A program made the position numbers and the translations under genes. From contig OZ245777.1 of the NCBI GenBank assembly GCA_965227775.1, forward strand, positions 288,001 through 352,000: 64,000 bases of DNA, written 5' to 3'. Under the pieces are notes generated by a model, which was given only the letters and a program-made list of their open reading frames with translations, was not told the origin of the DNA and did no database searches. Position 1 is the stretch's first letter; every line of letters begins with the position of its first letter. Shown here one piece after another: positions 8,379 through 17,830 of this stretch. The DNA comes from Phycisphaerales bacterium. GTDB taxonomy: Bacteria > Planctomycetota > Phycisphaerae > Phycisphaerales > UBA1924.

Positions 8379-10133
8379 ATGGAGGTCCTTCGCGGCATCG
8401 CGGTCTCGCCCGGCCTGGTCATCGGCCGCATCTTCCTGCTGGAAGACGAAGACCGCCGCGTCGTGCGACGCTTCACGCCCTCGGCAGGCTCCGACGAAGA
8501 AGCCGCCCGGGCCAAGGCCGCGCTTGAGGCCTCCGTCACCGACCTGCAAGAGGTCAAGCAGCGCGCCGAGAAGGAGATGGGCGAGGAAGCCGCCAAGATC
8601 TTCCTGTTCCATATCGGCGTGCTGCAAGACGCCTCGCTCCGCAGCCCGATCTTCGAGCGCATCGAGAATGAGCACATGGCAGCCGAGCACGCCGTCGAGC
8701 TCACATTCGGCGAGTGGGCAAGCCGCTTTTCGAAGATGGGCGACTCGGCGTTCACCTCCAAGGTCGATGATCTGGAGGACCTGCGCAACCGAGTGCTGGG
8801 CCACCTCATGGGCGAGCACAACCGCACGCTCGACGAGCTCACGCAGCCTGCGGTGGTCGTTGCCGATGACCTGACGCCCTCCCAGGCGGCGGGATTCAAC
8901 CGTGAATTCGTGCAAGCCTTCGTGACCGATCGCGGCGGGCGCACGAGCCACACCGCCATCGTCGCGCGCGCGCTGAACATCCCCGCCGTCGTCGGCCTTC
9001 GCGACATCGCCAGCATCGCCGAGGAAGACACCACCATCATCGTCGACGGGCTCGAGGGCGTGGTCATCCTCGACCCCACCGATGAGCAGCTCGATCGCTA
9101 CAAAGACCGCCAGACCCGCCTCGCCCGCCGCGAAACCGTCTGGAAGGAGCAAGCCTCCGAGCCGAGCGTCACGACCGACGGCGAGCACGTCCGTCTGCTG
9201 GGCAATATCGAGTTCCCCGACGAGATCTCCCACGTGCTCGAAGTCGGCGGCGAGGGCATCGGCCTCTATCGCACCGAGTTCCTCTACCTCGCCAGCGACA
9301 CCGAACCCTCGGAAGAAGAGCACTATCAGTCGTACGTGCGTTGCATCCGCCAGCTCGAAGGGCGTGAGCTGGTCATCCGCACCGTGGACCTGGGCGCCGA
9401 CAAGTACACCCAGCACAGCTTCGAGCTTCCCGAGCGCAACCCCTTCCTGGGCAACAGGTCGATCCGCTATTGCCTCAGCAACCTGCCGATGTTCAAGCGG
9501 CAGCTCCGCGCGCTGCTCCGCGCCAGCGCCGAGGGGCCGCTGAAGATCATGTTCCCGCTCGTGACCACCGTGCACGAGCTGCGTCAGGCCAAGTCCATCG
9601 TCCGAGATGTCATGGAGGATCTGGCCGAAGAGGGCGTGCCCTTCGATGCGGACGTCCCGATGGGCATGATGGTCGAAGTGCCCGCTGCCGCGGTCATCTC
9701 CTCGAGCTTCGCCCGCGACGCCGACTTCTTCAGCGTGGGCACCAACGACCTGGTCCAGTACACCCTGGCGGTCGACCGCACCAACGAACGCGTGGCCGAC
9801 CTGTTCACCGCCATGCACCCGGCGGTACTACGGCTCGTCCGAGACGTCATGCGGGGGTCCAAGAGCCGCCAGATACCCGTGTCCTGCTGCGGCGAATCGG
9901 CCGCCGAGCTCGACTTTGCCGTGTTGCTGATCGGGCTGGGCGTGCGTACCCTCTCGGTGGGTTCGTACTCGATTCCGCAGGTCAAGCGGCTGGTGCGAAG
10001 CGTGTCCGCCGAGGAATGCGCCCGTATCGCCCGGCGAGCCCTCTCGCTCGAGTCACCGTCGGACGTCACTGCATACGTCCGAGAGCGTGTCCGCAAGGCC
10101 ATGCCCGGTGTCTTCGATTCCGGCGAGGATTAG
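8379..10133 (+). CDS. ptsI: Phosphoenolpyruvate-protein phosphotransferase (PTS Enzyme I)
   Basis: GIAVSPG, TSHTAI phospho-His, GIGLYRTEFL, ERNPFLGNR, MVEVPAA, FFSVGTNDLVQY; no GAF domain. Confidence 0.95.
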   Translation: MEVLRGIAVSPGLVIGRIFLLEDEDRRVVRRFTPSAGSDEEAARAKAALEASVTDLQEVKQRAEKEMGEEAAKIFLFHIGVLQDASLRSPIFERIENEHMAAEHAVELTFGEWASRFSKMGDSAFTSKVDDLEDLRNRVLGHLMGEHNRTLDELTQPAVVVADDLTPSQAAGFNREFVQAFVTDRGGRTSHTAIVARALNIPAVVGLRDIASIAEEDTTIIVDGLEGVVILDPTDEQLDRYKDRQTRLARRETVWKEQASEPSVTTDGEHVRLLGNIEFPDEISHVLEVGGEGIGLYRTEFLYLASDTEPSEEEHYQSYVRCIRQLEGRELVIRTVDLGADKYTQHSFELPERNPFLGNRSIRYCLSNLPMFKRQLRALLRASAEGPLKIMFPLVTTVHELRQAKSIVRDVMEDLAEEGVPFDADVPMGMMVEVPAAAVISSSFARDADFFSVGTNDLVQYTLAVDRTNERVADLFTAMHPAVLRLVRDVMRGSKSRQIPVSCCGESAAELDFAVLLIGLGVRTLSVGSYSIPQVKRLVRSVSAEECARIARRALSLESPSDVTAYVRERVRKAMPGVFDSGED

Positions 10134-10538
10134 TCTCGAATCATCGGCAGTATCGGCCGATAAGACTCTGGCTGGGCGGCTCTTTGGGCGCCCGGCCAAA
10201 CCCCACCCCCACGAGGGCCGTAGATGTTCGTGGGACCGGCTGGGGCGCTTGAAGACTCGCGCAACCACGGCCCTTGCACCCGCAGCAAGCCATCGGCTCG
10301 CAGCGGCGACTTGAAACGATAACTTCGACGCCCGCCAGAGGCCGCGGATTGGCCAGGCCCGGCCGGCGTCTACCAGGCATGATCGATTCCGATCACAGCC
10401 GTTCACACCTTGCGGAGCATGCCGAAGTGACCCCCCGAATCGCCCTCGCAGGCCCGACCGCCGCCCACGGGTGTGGCGTCGCCGGCCGCGCGGCGGTGGC
10501 GGGCGGACCGGCCCTCCCTGCACGAGAGCGTCCACATC

Positions 10539-13355
10539 ATGGCACGAAAGTCCAGCACCTCCGACAACGGCTCAACCACCAAGGCTGACTCGAACGACAC
10601 CGGCTCCAAGAAGACCTCAAAGAAGAAGACATCTCGCTCGTCCTCAGGCCGCGGCCGCGGCCGCTTCCAGAGCGACGCCATCGAATCCAGCGGCGGAGCC
10701 TCGGGCGCGAGCCGCATGATCGTCAACTACATCCCGGGCGACGAGTGCCGCATCGCATTCGTCGAGGACGGCAAGCTCGAGGAGTACCACGCCGAACCCA
10801 CCGCCTCGACCAGCCGCGTCAACAACATCTACCTCGGCGTCGTGCGCAACGTCAACACCGCCGTGCAGGCCGCCTTCGTCGACTTCGGTCTCGACGAGCA
10901 CGGCTTCTTGCACACCACCGACGTCCACCCCCGCTACTTCCCCAAGAACGAGGACGCCGCCGAGCGCGTCGGCATCAAGACGCCGCGCCGCGATCGCCCG
11001 CCAATCCAGAAGTGCTTCAAGCCCGGCGACCGCATCATGGTCCAGGTCTTGAAGGAGGGCGTGGGCACCAAGGGCCCCACCCTCACCAGCTACATCTCCA
11101 TCCCTGGCCGCTACCTCGTCATGATGCCCGGCATGGACAACGTGGGCGTCTCCCGAAAGGTCGAAGACGAAGACACCCGTCGCGCCATGCGCAAGGTGCT
11201 CGACCAGCTTGACCTTCCCGAGGGCTTCGGCTTCATCCTGCGCACCGCCGGCATGGAGCGCACGAAGACCGAGCTCAAGCGCGACCTGGCCTACCTCAAG
11301 CGTCTCTGGAGTGACATGGACAAGCGTCAGAAGAGCAAGAAGGCTCCTCAGGCGCTCTACGCCGAAAGCGATTTGCTGCTCCGCGCCCTGCGAGACCTTG
11401 CCGGCACCGAAGTCACCGACATCATCATCGACGACCCCGGCGCACTCGCCCGTGCCGAGCGATTCATCAAGATCGCGTCGCCCCGCAGCCGCCCGCAGTT
11501 GCGGCAGTACACGGGCCGCGCGCCGGTCTTCGCGGCCTTCGGCATCGAGCAGCAGATCCACAACATCCACTCGCGCGAGGTACCGCTGCCCAGCGGCGGC
11601 CGCCTGATCTTCGACGAGACCGAAGCGCTCGTCGCCATCGACGTCAACAGCGGCCGCAGCCGCAGCGCGCGAGACGCCGAGACCAACGCCTTCAACACCA
11701 ACATGGAGGCGGCCGACGAGATCTGCCGCCAGCTCCGCCTGCGCGACATGGGCGGCCTGGTCATCAACGACCTCATCGACATGCGCCACGCCAGCAATCG
11801 CAAGGCCATCGAGCAGCGATTCGCCGAGCGCCTGGGCCGCGACCGCGCCAAGAGCACCATCCTGCCGATCAGTGAGTTCGGCCTGCTCCAGATGACGCGC
11901 CAGCGCATGCGATCGAGCCACGAGCGCACGCACTTTGCAGAGTGCCACCTGTGCAAGGGCCGCGGCGTCATCCGCCGTCCCGATAGCGTGGCCGCCGAGG
12001 CACTGCGCGATCTCTCGCTCGTTGCGAGCTACGAGAAGGTCGCTCGCGTCGAGATGGTCGTCTCGGCCCAGGTTGCCAGCCATCTGCTCAGCGGCCGCCG
12101 CAGGCAGCTCAGCCGCATCGAGCGCATCAGCGGCGTGATCACCGAGGTCCGCGTCAGCGAGAACATGGCCGCCGAGCGATTCGTGCTGCACGCCTACGAC
12201 AGCAGCAACAACGACATCAACATCGAGAAGCTGCCCAAGCTGCCCGATCCCGAGGAGTCGCTGGTCGAGGCCGAGGGCCTGGCCACCGCCGACACGGCCA
12301 TTGTCGAGTCCGCCGAGGCGATCGACGATGCAGCGCACCATCACGACGATGATGGCGACGAGGTGCACGCCGTCGAGGCACACCCGATCGAGCTCGATGT
12401 CGACTATGACGACAGCGAAGACGGCGAGGAGCGCACCGGCCGGCGGCGTCGCAGGCGCCGGCGTCGCCGCCGCGGCGGCGGTAGCGATGCCGCCCAGCAC
12501 GACGGCGCCATGGCCCGTGATGACGAAGAAGAGGACGAAGACGCACAGCCCGAGGCCGAGGACCACGATGCGCACGAGTCAGACTCGGAGGACGACGACC
12601 GCCCGCGACGCAGGCGTCGCCGTCGCCGCCGCGGCGGCCGCGGCCGATCCGGCGCGAACGCCCAGTCTCGCGACGATCGCGACGACGAGCGTGATGATGA
12701 TTCCGGTCAGCCCGACTCGCTCGCACGCCGGCTCGCCAGCGCCCTGGCCACACCAGTGCCCGAAGCCGCCGATGATGATGAGGAGGAGGAGGGCGAGACC
12801 GTCGAAGACACCCGCGACACGTCCTCCGACGACGAACACGAAGACGACCGCCCGCGACGCAGGCGCCGTCGCAGTCGTCGGCGTGGCGAGTCTCGCGAGG
12901 AAACCGCCGAGGTATACGCCGAAGAAACCGATGCCGAGCTGACCGAAGCCCAGCCGGCCGAAGCCACCAATGAAGACCGCGACGACGAGGCCGAGGAAGA
13001 CCGCCCGCGTCGCAGGCGTCGCCGTCGCCGCGGCGGTCGAGGCCGCAACCGGGGCGAGCGCAGCGACGAAATCGAGGTCGTGGCCGACGAGCCTGAAGCC
13101 GCCGAAGCTGATGTCGAAGATGAGATCGAGGACCTCGTCGAAGAAGAAGAGGAAGAGGCGCCCACCGTCGAGGTCGTCTCGGCCGATGACGAGCCCGAGC
13201 CCGCCGGCCTCATCGAGCCCCGCCCCAAGCGTGGCCGACGCTCGCGCGGTAGCGACGAGCCGGCGGAAGCAGCCAAGGCCGACAAGAAGCCCCGCCCGCG
13301 CTTCCTCTACGCCGCACACCGCCGCACCAAGGGTGGTGGATCAGACGGGGCCTGA
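10539..13355 (+). CDS. rne: Ribonuclease E/G family with long acidic/Arg-rich disordered C-terminus
   Basis: NIYLGVV, AAFVDFG, VQVLKEGVGTKGP, IDVNSG, RQLRLRDMGGL, FGLLQMTRQR, Zn-link CHLCKGRG. Confidence 0.93.
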   Translation: MARKSSTSDNGSTTKADSNDTGSKKTSKKKTSRSSSGRGRGRFQSDAIESSGGASGASRMIVNYIPGDECRIAFVEDGKLEEYHAEPTASTSRVNNIYLGVVRNVNTAVQAAFVDFGLDEHGFLHTTDVHPRYFPKNEDAAERVGIKTPRRDRPPIQKCFKPGDRIMVQVLKEGVGTKGPTLTSYISIPGRYLVMMPGMDNVGVSRKVEDEDTRRAMRKVLDQLDLPEGFGFILRTAGMERTKTELKRDLAYLKRLWSDMDKRQKSKKAPQALYAESDLLLRALRDLAGTEVTDIIIDDPGALARAERFIKIASPRSRPQLRQYTGRAPVFAAFGIEQQIHNIHSREVPLPSGGRLIFDETEALVAIDVNSGRSRSARDAETNAFNTNMEAADEICRQLRLRDMGGLVINDLIDMRHASNRKAIEQRFAERLGRDRAKSTILPISEFGLLQMTRQRMRSSHERTHFAECHLCKGRGVIRRPDSVAAEALRDLSLVASYEKVARVEMVVSAQVASHLLSGRRRQLSRIERISGVITEVRVSENMAAERFVLHAYDSSNNDINIEKLPKLPDPEESLVEAEGLATADTAIVESAEAIDDAAHHHDDDGDEVHAVEAHPIELDVDYDDSEDGEERTGRRRRRRRRRRRGGGSDAAQHDGAMARDDEEEDEDAQPEAEDHDAHESDSEDDDRPRRRRRRRRRGGRGRSGANAQSRDDRDDERDDDSGQPDSLARRLASALATPVPEAADDDEEEEGETVEDTRDTSSDDEHEDDRPRRRRRRSRRRGESREETAEVYAEETDAELTEAQPAEATNEDRDDEAEEDRPRRRRRRRRGGRGRNRGERSDEIEVVADEPEAAEADVEDEIEDLVEEEEEEAPTVEVVSADDEPEPAGLIEPRPKRGRRSRGSDEPAEAAKADKKPRPRFLYAAHRRTKGGGSDGA
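12437..13050 (+). repeat. Four dispersed Arg-block repeats, (DRP)R7-11(GG), in the RNase E tail
   Basis: Near-identical GACCGCCCGCGwCGCAGGCG units at ~12597, ~12846, ~12999 plus a related block at ~12440. Confidence 0.75.
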
Positions 13356-13358
13356 CGC

Positions 13359-14558
13359 ATGGCCCCTCGCACGCGGCGGCTGATCGTCCTGGGAAGCACC
13401 GGCTCCATCGGCCGGCAGACCCTCGACGTGGTCGCCCACCTCGCATCGCTCGCGAAGGCCAACGGCCAGCCCCCGCCCATCGAGGTGGTGGGCCTGGCCG
13501 CCGGCCGGCGTGCGCGCGAGCTGCGTGAGCAAGCCGACGCCCACGGCGTTCAATACACCGCGCTCTGCGAAGGTGACGACGGCGCGGCGACGGTCATCGG
13601 CGAAGACGCCGCCGAACGCCTCGTGCGTGAGGTCGAGGCCGACGTCGTGATAGCCGCCGTCGTGGGTGCCGCGGGCCTGCCCGCCACGCTCGCTGCCGTC
13701 GAGCTCGGTCGCGACGTGGCGCTCGCCAACAAGGAGACGCTCGTCGCCGCCGGCGCGCTCGTCGTCCCTGCGGCCCAGCGATCGGGCTCGAAGCTGTTGC
13801 CCGTCGACAGCGAACACTCCGCCCTCTGGCAGTGCCTGCACGCCATCGCCGGCCCCGAAGCGGCGCCACCCATGACGCCGCCCGCGCAAGTCGCACGCCT
13901 CGTGCTCACCGCCTCGGGCGGCCCATTCCGCACCGCCTCGGCCGAAGAGGTCTACAACGCCACGCCGCAGCAGGCCCTCGCCCACCCGACGTGGGACATG
14001 GGCCCGAAGGTCACCATCGACTGCGCCTCGCTCACCAACAAGGCGCTCGAGGTCATCGAGGCGCACTGGCTCTTCGGCTTCGGCTCATCGCGCCTCGGCG
14101 TGCTCGTGCACCCACAGTCCATCGTGCACTCGCTCATCGAGACCGTCGACGGCTCGGTGCTCGCCCAGCTGGGCGTCAGCGACATGCGCCTGCCGATCCA
14201 GCTCGCCCTCACCCACCCCGATCGTGTGCCGGGCAACACGCCGCCGCTCGACCTCGCCCAGCTCGCCCGCCTCGACTTTGAAGAGCCCGACGAGCAGCGA
14301 TTCCCCGCCCTCGCGCTCGCACGCTGGGTCATCGACACCGGCGGCACGGCGGGCGCCATCTTTAATGCCGCCAACGAGGCCGCCGTGCACGCCTTCATTG
14401 CCAACCACATCCCCTTCGGCCGCATCGGCGAGCTCACCCAGCACGCCTGCGAGTCCGTCGAAGTCACCCCGCTCGAAACGCTCCAAGACGCCACCGACGC
14501 CGACGCAGCCGCCCGCGCCCACGTCGAACGCCACATCGCCGCGGCCACACGCTCGTAA
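13359..14558 (+). CDS. dxr: 1-deoxy-D-xylulose 5-phosphate reductoisomerase
   Basis: LGSTGSIG, LANKE, PVDSEH, LTASGGPF, HPTWDMGPKVTIDC, HPQSIVHS, NAANE. Confidence 0.97.
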   Translation: MAPRTRRLIVLGSTGSIGRQTLDVVAHLASLAKANGQPPPIEVVGLAAGRRARELREQADAHGVQYTALCEGDDGAATVIGEDAAERLVREVEADVVIAAVVGAAGLPATLAAVELGRDVALANKETLVAAGALVVPAAQRSGSKLLPVDSEHSALWQCLHAIAGPEAAPPMTPPAQVARLVLTASGGPFRTASAEEVYNATPQQALAHPTWDMGPKVTIDCASLTNKALEVIEAHWLFGFGSSRLGVLVHPQSIVHSLIETVDGSVLAQLGVSDMRLPIQLALTHPDRVPGNTPPLDLAQLARLDFEEPDEQRFPALALARWVIDTGGTAGAIFNAANEAAVHAFIANHIPFGRIGELTQHACESVEVTPLETLQDATDADAAARAHVERHIAAATRS

Positions 14559-14598
14559 GGACCGCAACCCACAAACGTCGGGCCGGTACCCTCCGGGC

Positions 14599-16191
14599 AT
14601 GCCAGAAGCCACACTTTTCCGACGCGGCGGCATCTTGAAGAACCTGCTGGTCGCGATGGCCGTCGTGCTCACCCTCGTGATCATCCTGGTCGCGCTCGAG
14701 GCATACGCAGGCGCGACCGCCCGGCCGACGATCGCCACCGACTACGGCCGCCAGCTCCACGACCTCGCCCTCGAACAACAACGCGCTCGCATGGGCGCTG
14801 AAGCCGCCGACAGTCTGAACCAACGGCCGGCGTTCGTCTCGGTCATGCAGGCCGTCCGCGAAGCCAACGAATGGCTCGACGAATACACGAACCAACTCAT
14901 GGACCAGGACGAGGGCCGCGAGGACGCGTACGACGACCCTTGGTTCTACTTCTCGCTCGACGTCATCTACGCTGTGCCGGACGAGGGCACGCCCGAGCAG
15001 TTCGAGCGCGCCCGCCAACGTGCGATCTACGCGCTCGAGGAGTGGGAACGCCGCGGCGTGTTCGATCGCAGCGCCGAACTGGTGGACATGCACCTCGTCG
15101 CGCGCGAGCCGGGCGACGGCCCGATGATCGACTTCCTCTTGCCCTACCTCGGTGTGGGCCGCCAGCTCGGCCGCGCACAATCCGCCCGCGCGCGTCTTGC
15201 CGCCGAACAGGGCGATCTCGAAACGCTCTACTGCGCGCTCGAAGAGACGTACGTCCTGGGCCGCCAGATCGCCAGCCAGGGCCTTCTCATCGACTGGTTG
15301 GTCGGCGCGGCGTTGCAGGCCCTGGGCCGCAGGATGCTGCTCGACAACCTCTTGCTCTATCCGGTGAATAACGACGCCTGGCTCGCGCGCGTCGACGCCA
15401 TGGTCCAGCGCGAGGCCATCGATCGCTACCCCCCCATCGGCGACTCCATCCGAGGCGAGCGGCTCTTCGCCTCCGACTTCACCCAGCACTGCTACACCGA
15501 CAACGGAAACGGCAACGGACGCTTGATCCCGGTGCTCTATGCCAAGCATATGGGCGACGATCCGCCCGAGTCCGGCAACCTGCTAACTCCATTCGGCGAC
15601 TCGCCGCTGTCCAACATCCACGGCCGCATCTTCTTCAGCCGTCGCGAGCTCGACGAGTGGATCGACGGCGCCCACGAGCTTGCCCATGACTGCGCCGAAG
15701 CAACCGGTGCCGCCGCCGTCGCCGCCGACAAGGCCTTCATCGCATACACCACCGCGGGCGACAACTGGCGCAACATCGCGTCGCCCATTGTCCCCAGCTT
15801 CCGCCGAACGATCATCACCGCCCGCGGCCAGCGCATCGAGGCGGCAGGCACCCGCGTCGTGCTGGCGATCGAGCGCTACCGGCTCCGCAACGACGGCGCC
15901 GTTCCGCAGTCCCTCGCCGAACTGGGCGACCTGCTGCCCGATTCGCTCCGCGCCGACCCATTAACCCTCAGTCCCTGGGACTATGAGCCCACGGCGCTAA
16001 CCGCGACCGACCGCGGCGATCCGCTGCTGCCGGGTGCACACGCATGGCCCTACACCCTCAGGAGCAAGCCGCTGGCCGGCGGCGAGAGCACTTCAACATA
16101 CCGCCACGCGCACAATGGCTTGCTCATCAACGAGCCCATCCAGGGACCCGACTACGAACAACCCTACGAGGAGCCCGCTGATGCGCCGTAA
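14599..16191 (+). CDS. Membrane-anchored hypothetical protein with GspG/pseudopilin-like C-terminal motif (paralog 1)
   Basis: RRGG + hydrophobic helix at the N-terminus; LAIERYR..DG..PQSL..L...DP.T..PW.Y near the C-terminus. Confidence 0.75.
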   Translation: MPEATLFRRGGILKNLLVAMAVVLTLVIILVALEAYAGATARPTIATDYGRQLHDLALEQQRARMGAEAADSLNQRPAFVSVMQAVREANEWLDEYTNQLMDQDEGREDAYDDPWFYFSLDVIYAVPDEGTPEQFERARQRAIYALEEWERRGVFDRSAELVDMHLVAREPGDGPMIDFLLPYLGVGRQLGRAQSARARLAAEQGDLETLYCALEETYVLGRQIASQGLLIDWLVGAALQALGRRMLLDNLLLYPVNNDAWLARVDAMVQREAIDRYPPIGDSIRGERLFASDFTQHCYTDNGNGNGRLIPVLYAKHMGDDPPESGNLLTPFGDSPLSNIHGRIFFSRRELDEWIDGAHELAHDCAEATGAAAVAADKAFIAYTTAGDNWRNIASPIVPSFRRTIITARGQRIEAAGTRVVLAIERYRLRNDGAVPQSLAELGDLLPDSLRADPLTLSPWDYEPTALTATDRGDPLLPGAHAWPYTLRSKPLAGGESTSTYRHAHNGLLINEPIQGPDYEQPYEEPADAP

Positions 16192-17746
16192 GCCTCACAA
16201 ACCCGTCTCCCGCCGCGGCGGCATCCTCGCCAAGCTGGTCATCAGCATCGCCATCGTCGTGCTGGTCATCGTCATCCTCGCGATCGCCGAGCTCCTCGCC
16301 GCCGTGAACGCGACTCCCAGCATCACCACCAACTACGGCCAGCGCATCCATGACCGCATCCTCGAACGCCAGCGCGACCTCCGCGGCGACGGACTCAACC
16401 AATGGCCACGTTTCGCAGAGATCATGGAGAAAGTCGAAGAGGGGCGAAACGACCTCACCAACCGCAACGAGACGTTCCAGCCTGTTGCCGATGACCCGTT
16501 CACGTACATTGACTTCTGGATCATCCGCGGACCCCGCGACGAACCGTCGGCCTACGGCGTTTCCGCCGTCGCCGGTCACTACGCGCGGGCGCGCCAGCGC
16601 GGCATCGAAGCGCTCGATCACTGGCACGACATCGGCGTCTTCGACGCATCCGCAGATCTGCCCGACCTCCACCGTATCGTCATGCCGGTCGACGAAGCCC
16701 CCGCCGTTGAGTCACCGATCGATGAACTGGGCCTATCCCGAGCCCTGGCCCGCGCACTCGTAGCGCGTATGCGCCTGGCTTCCGAATCTGGCGAACACGC
16801 CGAACGCGTGTTGGTGCTGGAACAGGGCGCCGCGCTCGCGCGCATCATGGCCGATAGCGGATCGCTCCTGGGATGGCTGACCGCATACGGCGTGGAGGCG
16901 TTGATGGTCGACTGCTTCCTGCATGACGTCTATCTCTTTCCCACGAACGACGCCTCCCTCGCCGCCGCCGACGCCGCGATCGAGCGGGAGCTCGCCGACG
17001 CCTACCCGACGCTCGCCGACGTCATGGCCAACGAACGCGACGCCGCGCTCGACCACGTGCAGCGCGTCTACACGGCAACGGGCCGCTTCATCCCCCTCGC
17101 CCACGCACGCCTGTGCTTCACCTACGACATCAGCGACGCCCCCGAAGAACTGCTGCCCCTGGGCGACTCCAAGTTCTCCAACATCCACTCGCGACTGTTC
17201 ATCGATCGCGACGCCGCGACGGCCTGGATCAACGAGGCCTACGACCTGGCCGACGCCGCCGCGACCGCGACCGCGACCGCGACCGGCACCGACGCCATCG
17301 CCGCCGACATCGCGCTCAACGCCCACTACACCGCGCCGACATGGCGCAATCCCGCCAAAGACATCGGGCTCGAGCCAAACCGCATCATCGAATCAGGCCG
17401 CCGCCGCAATATTCAGGTCGCCGGAGGGCGCGTCATGCTGGCCATCGAGCGCTACCGCCTCGCGCACGACGGCACCCCGCCCGCAACGCTCGCCGACCTC
17501 GGAGACCTGCTCCCCCAGACCCTCCGGACCGATCCCTTCACGGGCCAGCCATGGCTCTACGAGCCCACCGCGTCCACGACCGGCTGGAACAACAGGAGCC
17601 TCGATGCCCACGAGGTCGCGTGGCCCTACACCCTCGCGAGCCGCCCCCTCCCGGGATTCGAGACCGCGACGCCCAAGTTCTTCAACCACCCCGACACCGG
17701 CGTCCTCATCACGATGCCGATCGAACTGCCGATGGATCGGCGATAG
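16181..17746 (+). CDS. Membrane-anchored hypothetical protein with GspG/pseudopilin-like C-terminal motif (paralog 2)
   Basis: Colinear similarity to the upstream ORF over its whole length (RRGGIL, TxYG, SNIHxR, LAIERYRL, AWPYTL). Confidence 0.75.
   Translation: MRRKPHKPVSRRGGILAKLVISIAIVVLVIVILAIAELLAAVNATPSITTNYGQRIHDRILERQRDLRGDGLNQWPRFAEIMEKVEEGRNDLTNRNETFQPVADDPFTYIDFWIIRGPRDEPSAYGVSAVAGHYARARQRGIEALDHWHDIGVFDASADLPDLHRIVMPVDEAPAVESPIDELGLSRALARALVARMRLASESGEHAERVLVLEQGAALARIMADSGSLLGWLTAYGVEALMVDCFLHDVYLFPTNDASLAAADAAIERELADAYPTLADVMANERDAALDHVQRVYTATGRFIPLAHARLCFTYDISDAPEELLPLGDSKFSNIHSRLFIDRDAATAWINEAYDLADAAATATATATGTDAIAADIALNAHYTAPTWRNPAKDIGLEPNRIIESGRRRNIQVAGGRVMLAIERYRLAHDGTPPATLADLGDLLPQTLRTDPFTGQPWLYEPTASTTGWNNRSLDAHEVAWPYTLASRPLPGFETATPKFFNHPDTGVLITMPIELPMDRR
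17261..17284 (+). repeat. (GCGACC)x4 hexamer repeat encoding ATATATAT
   Basis: Direct reading of 17261-17284. Confidence 0.85.
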
Positions 17747-17830
17747 TGTGATCGATCCCGCTCGATCCGAGCCTGCGTGACCAAACCTCCTCCGTTCGCG
17801 AGCACGCACCCGCCGCCCCTACCCTCCCTC

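Noticed and set aside
10644..12575. Long antisense ORFs (also 25031-27199, 49135-51051, 8346-9818 and others)
   Set aside because: Typical stop-poor shadow frames of high-GC genes, lying opposite well-supported CDSs
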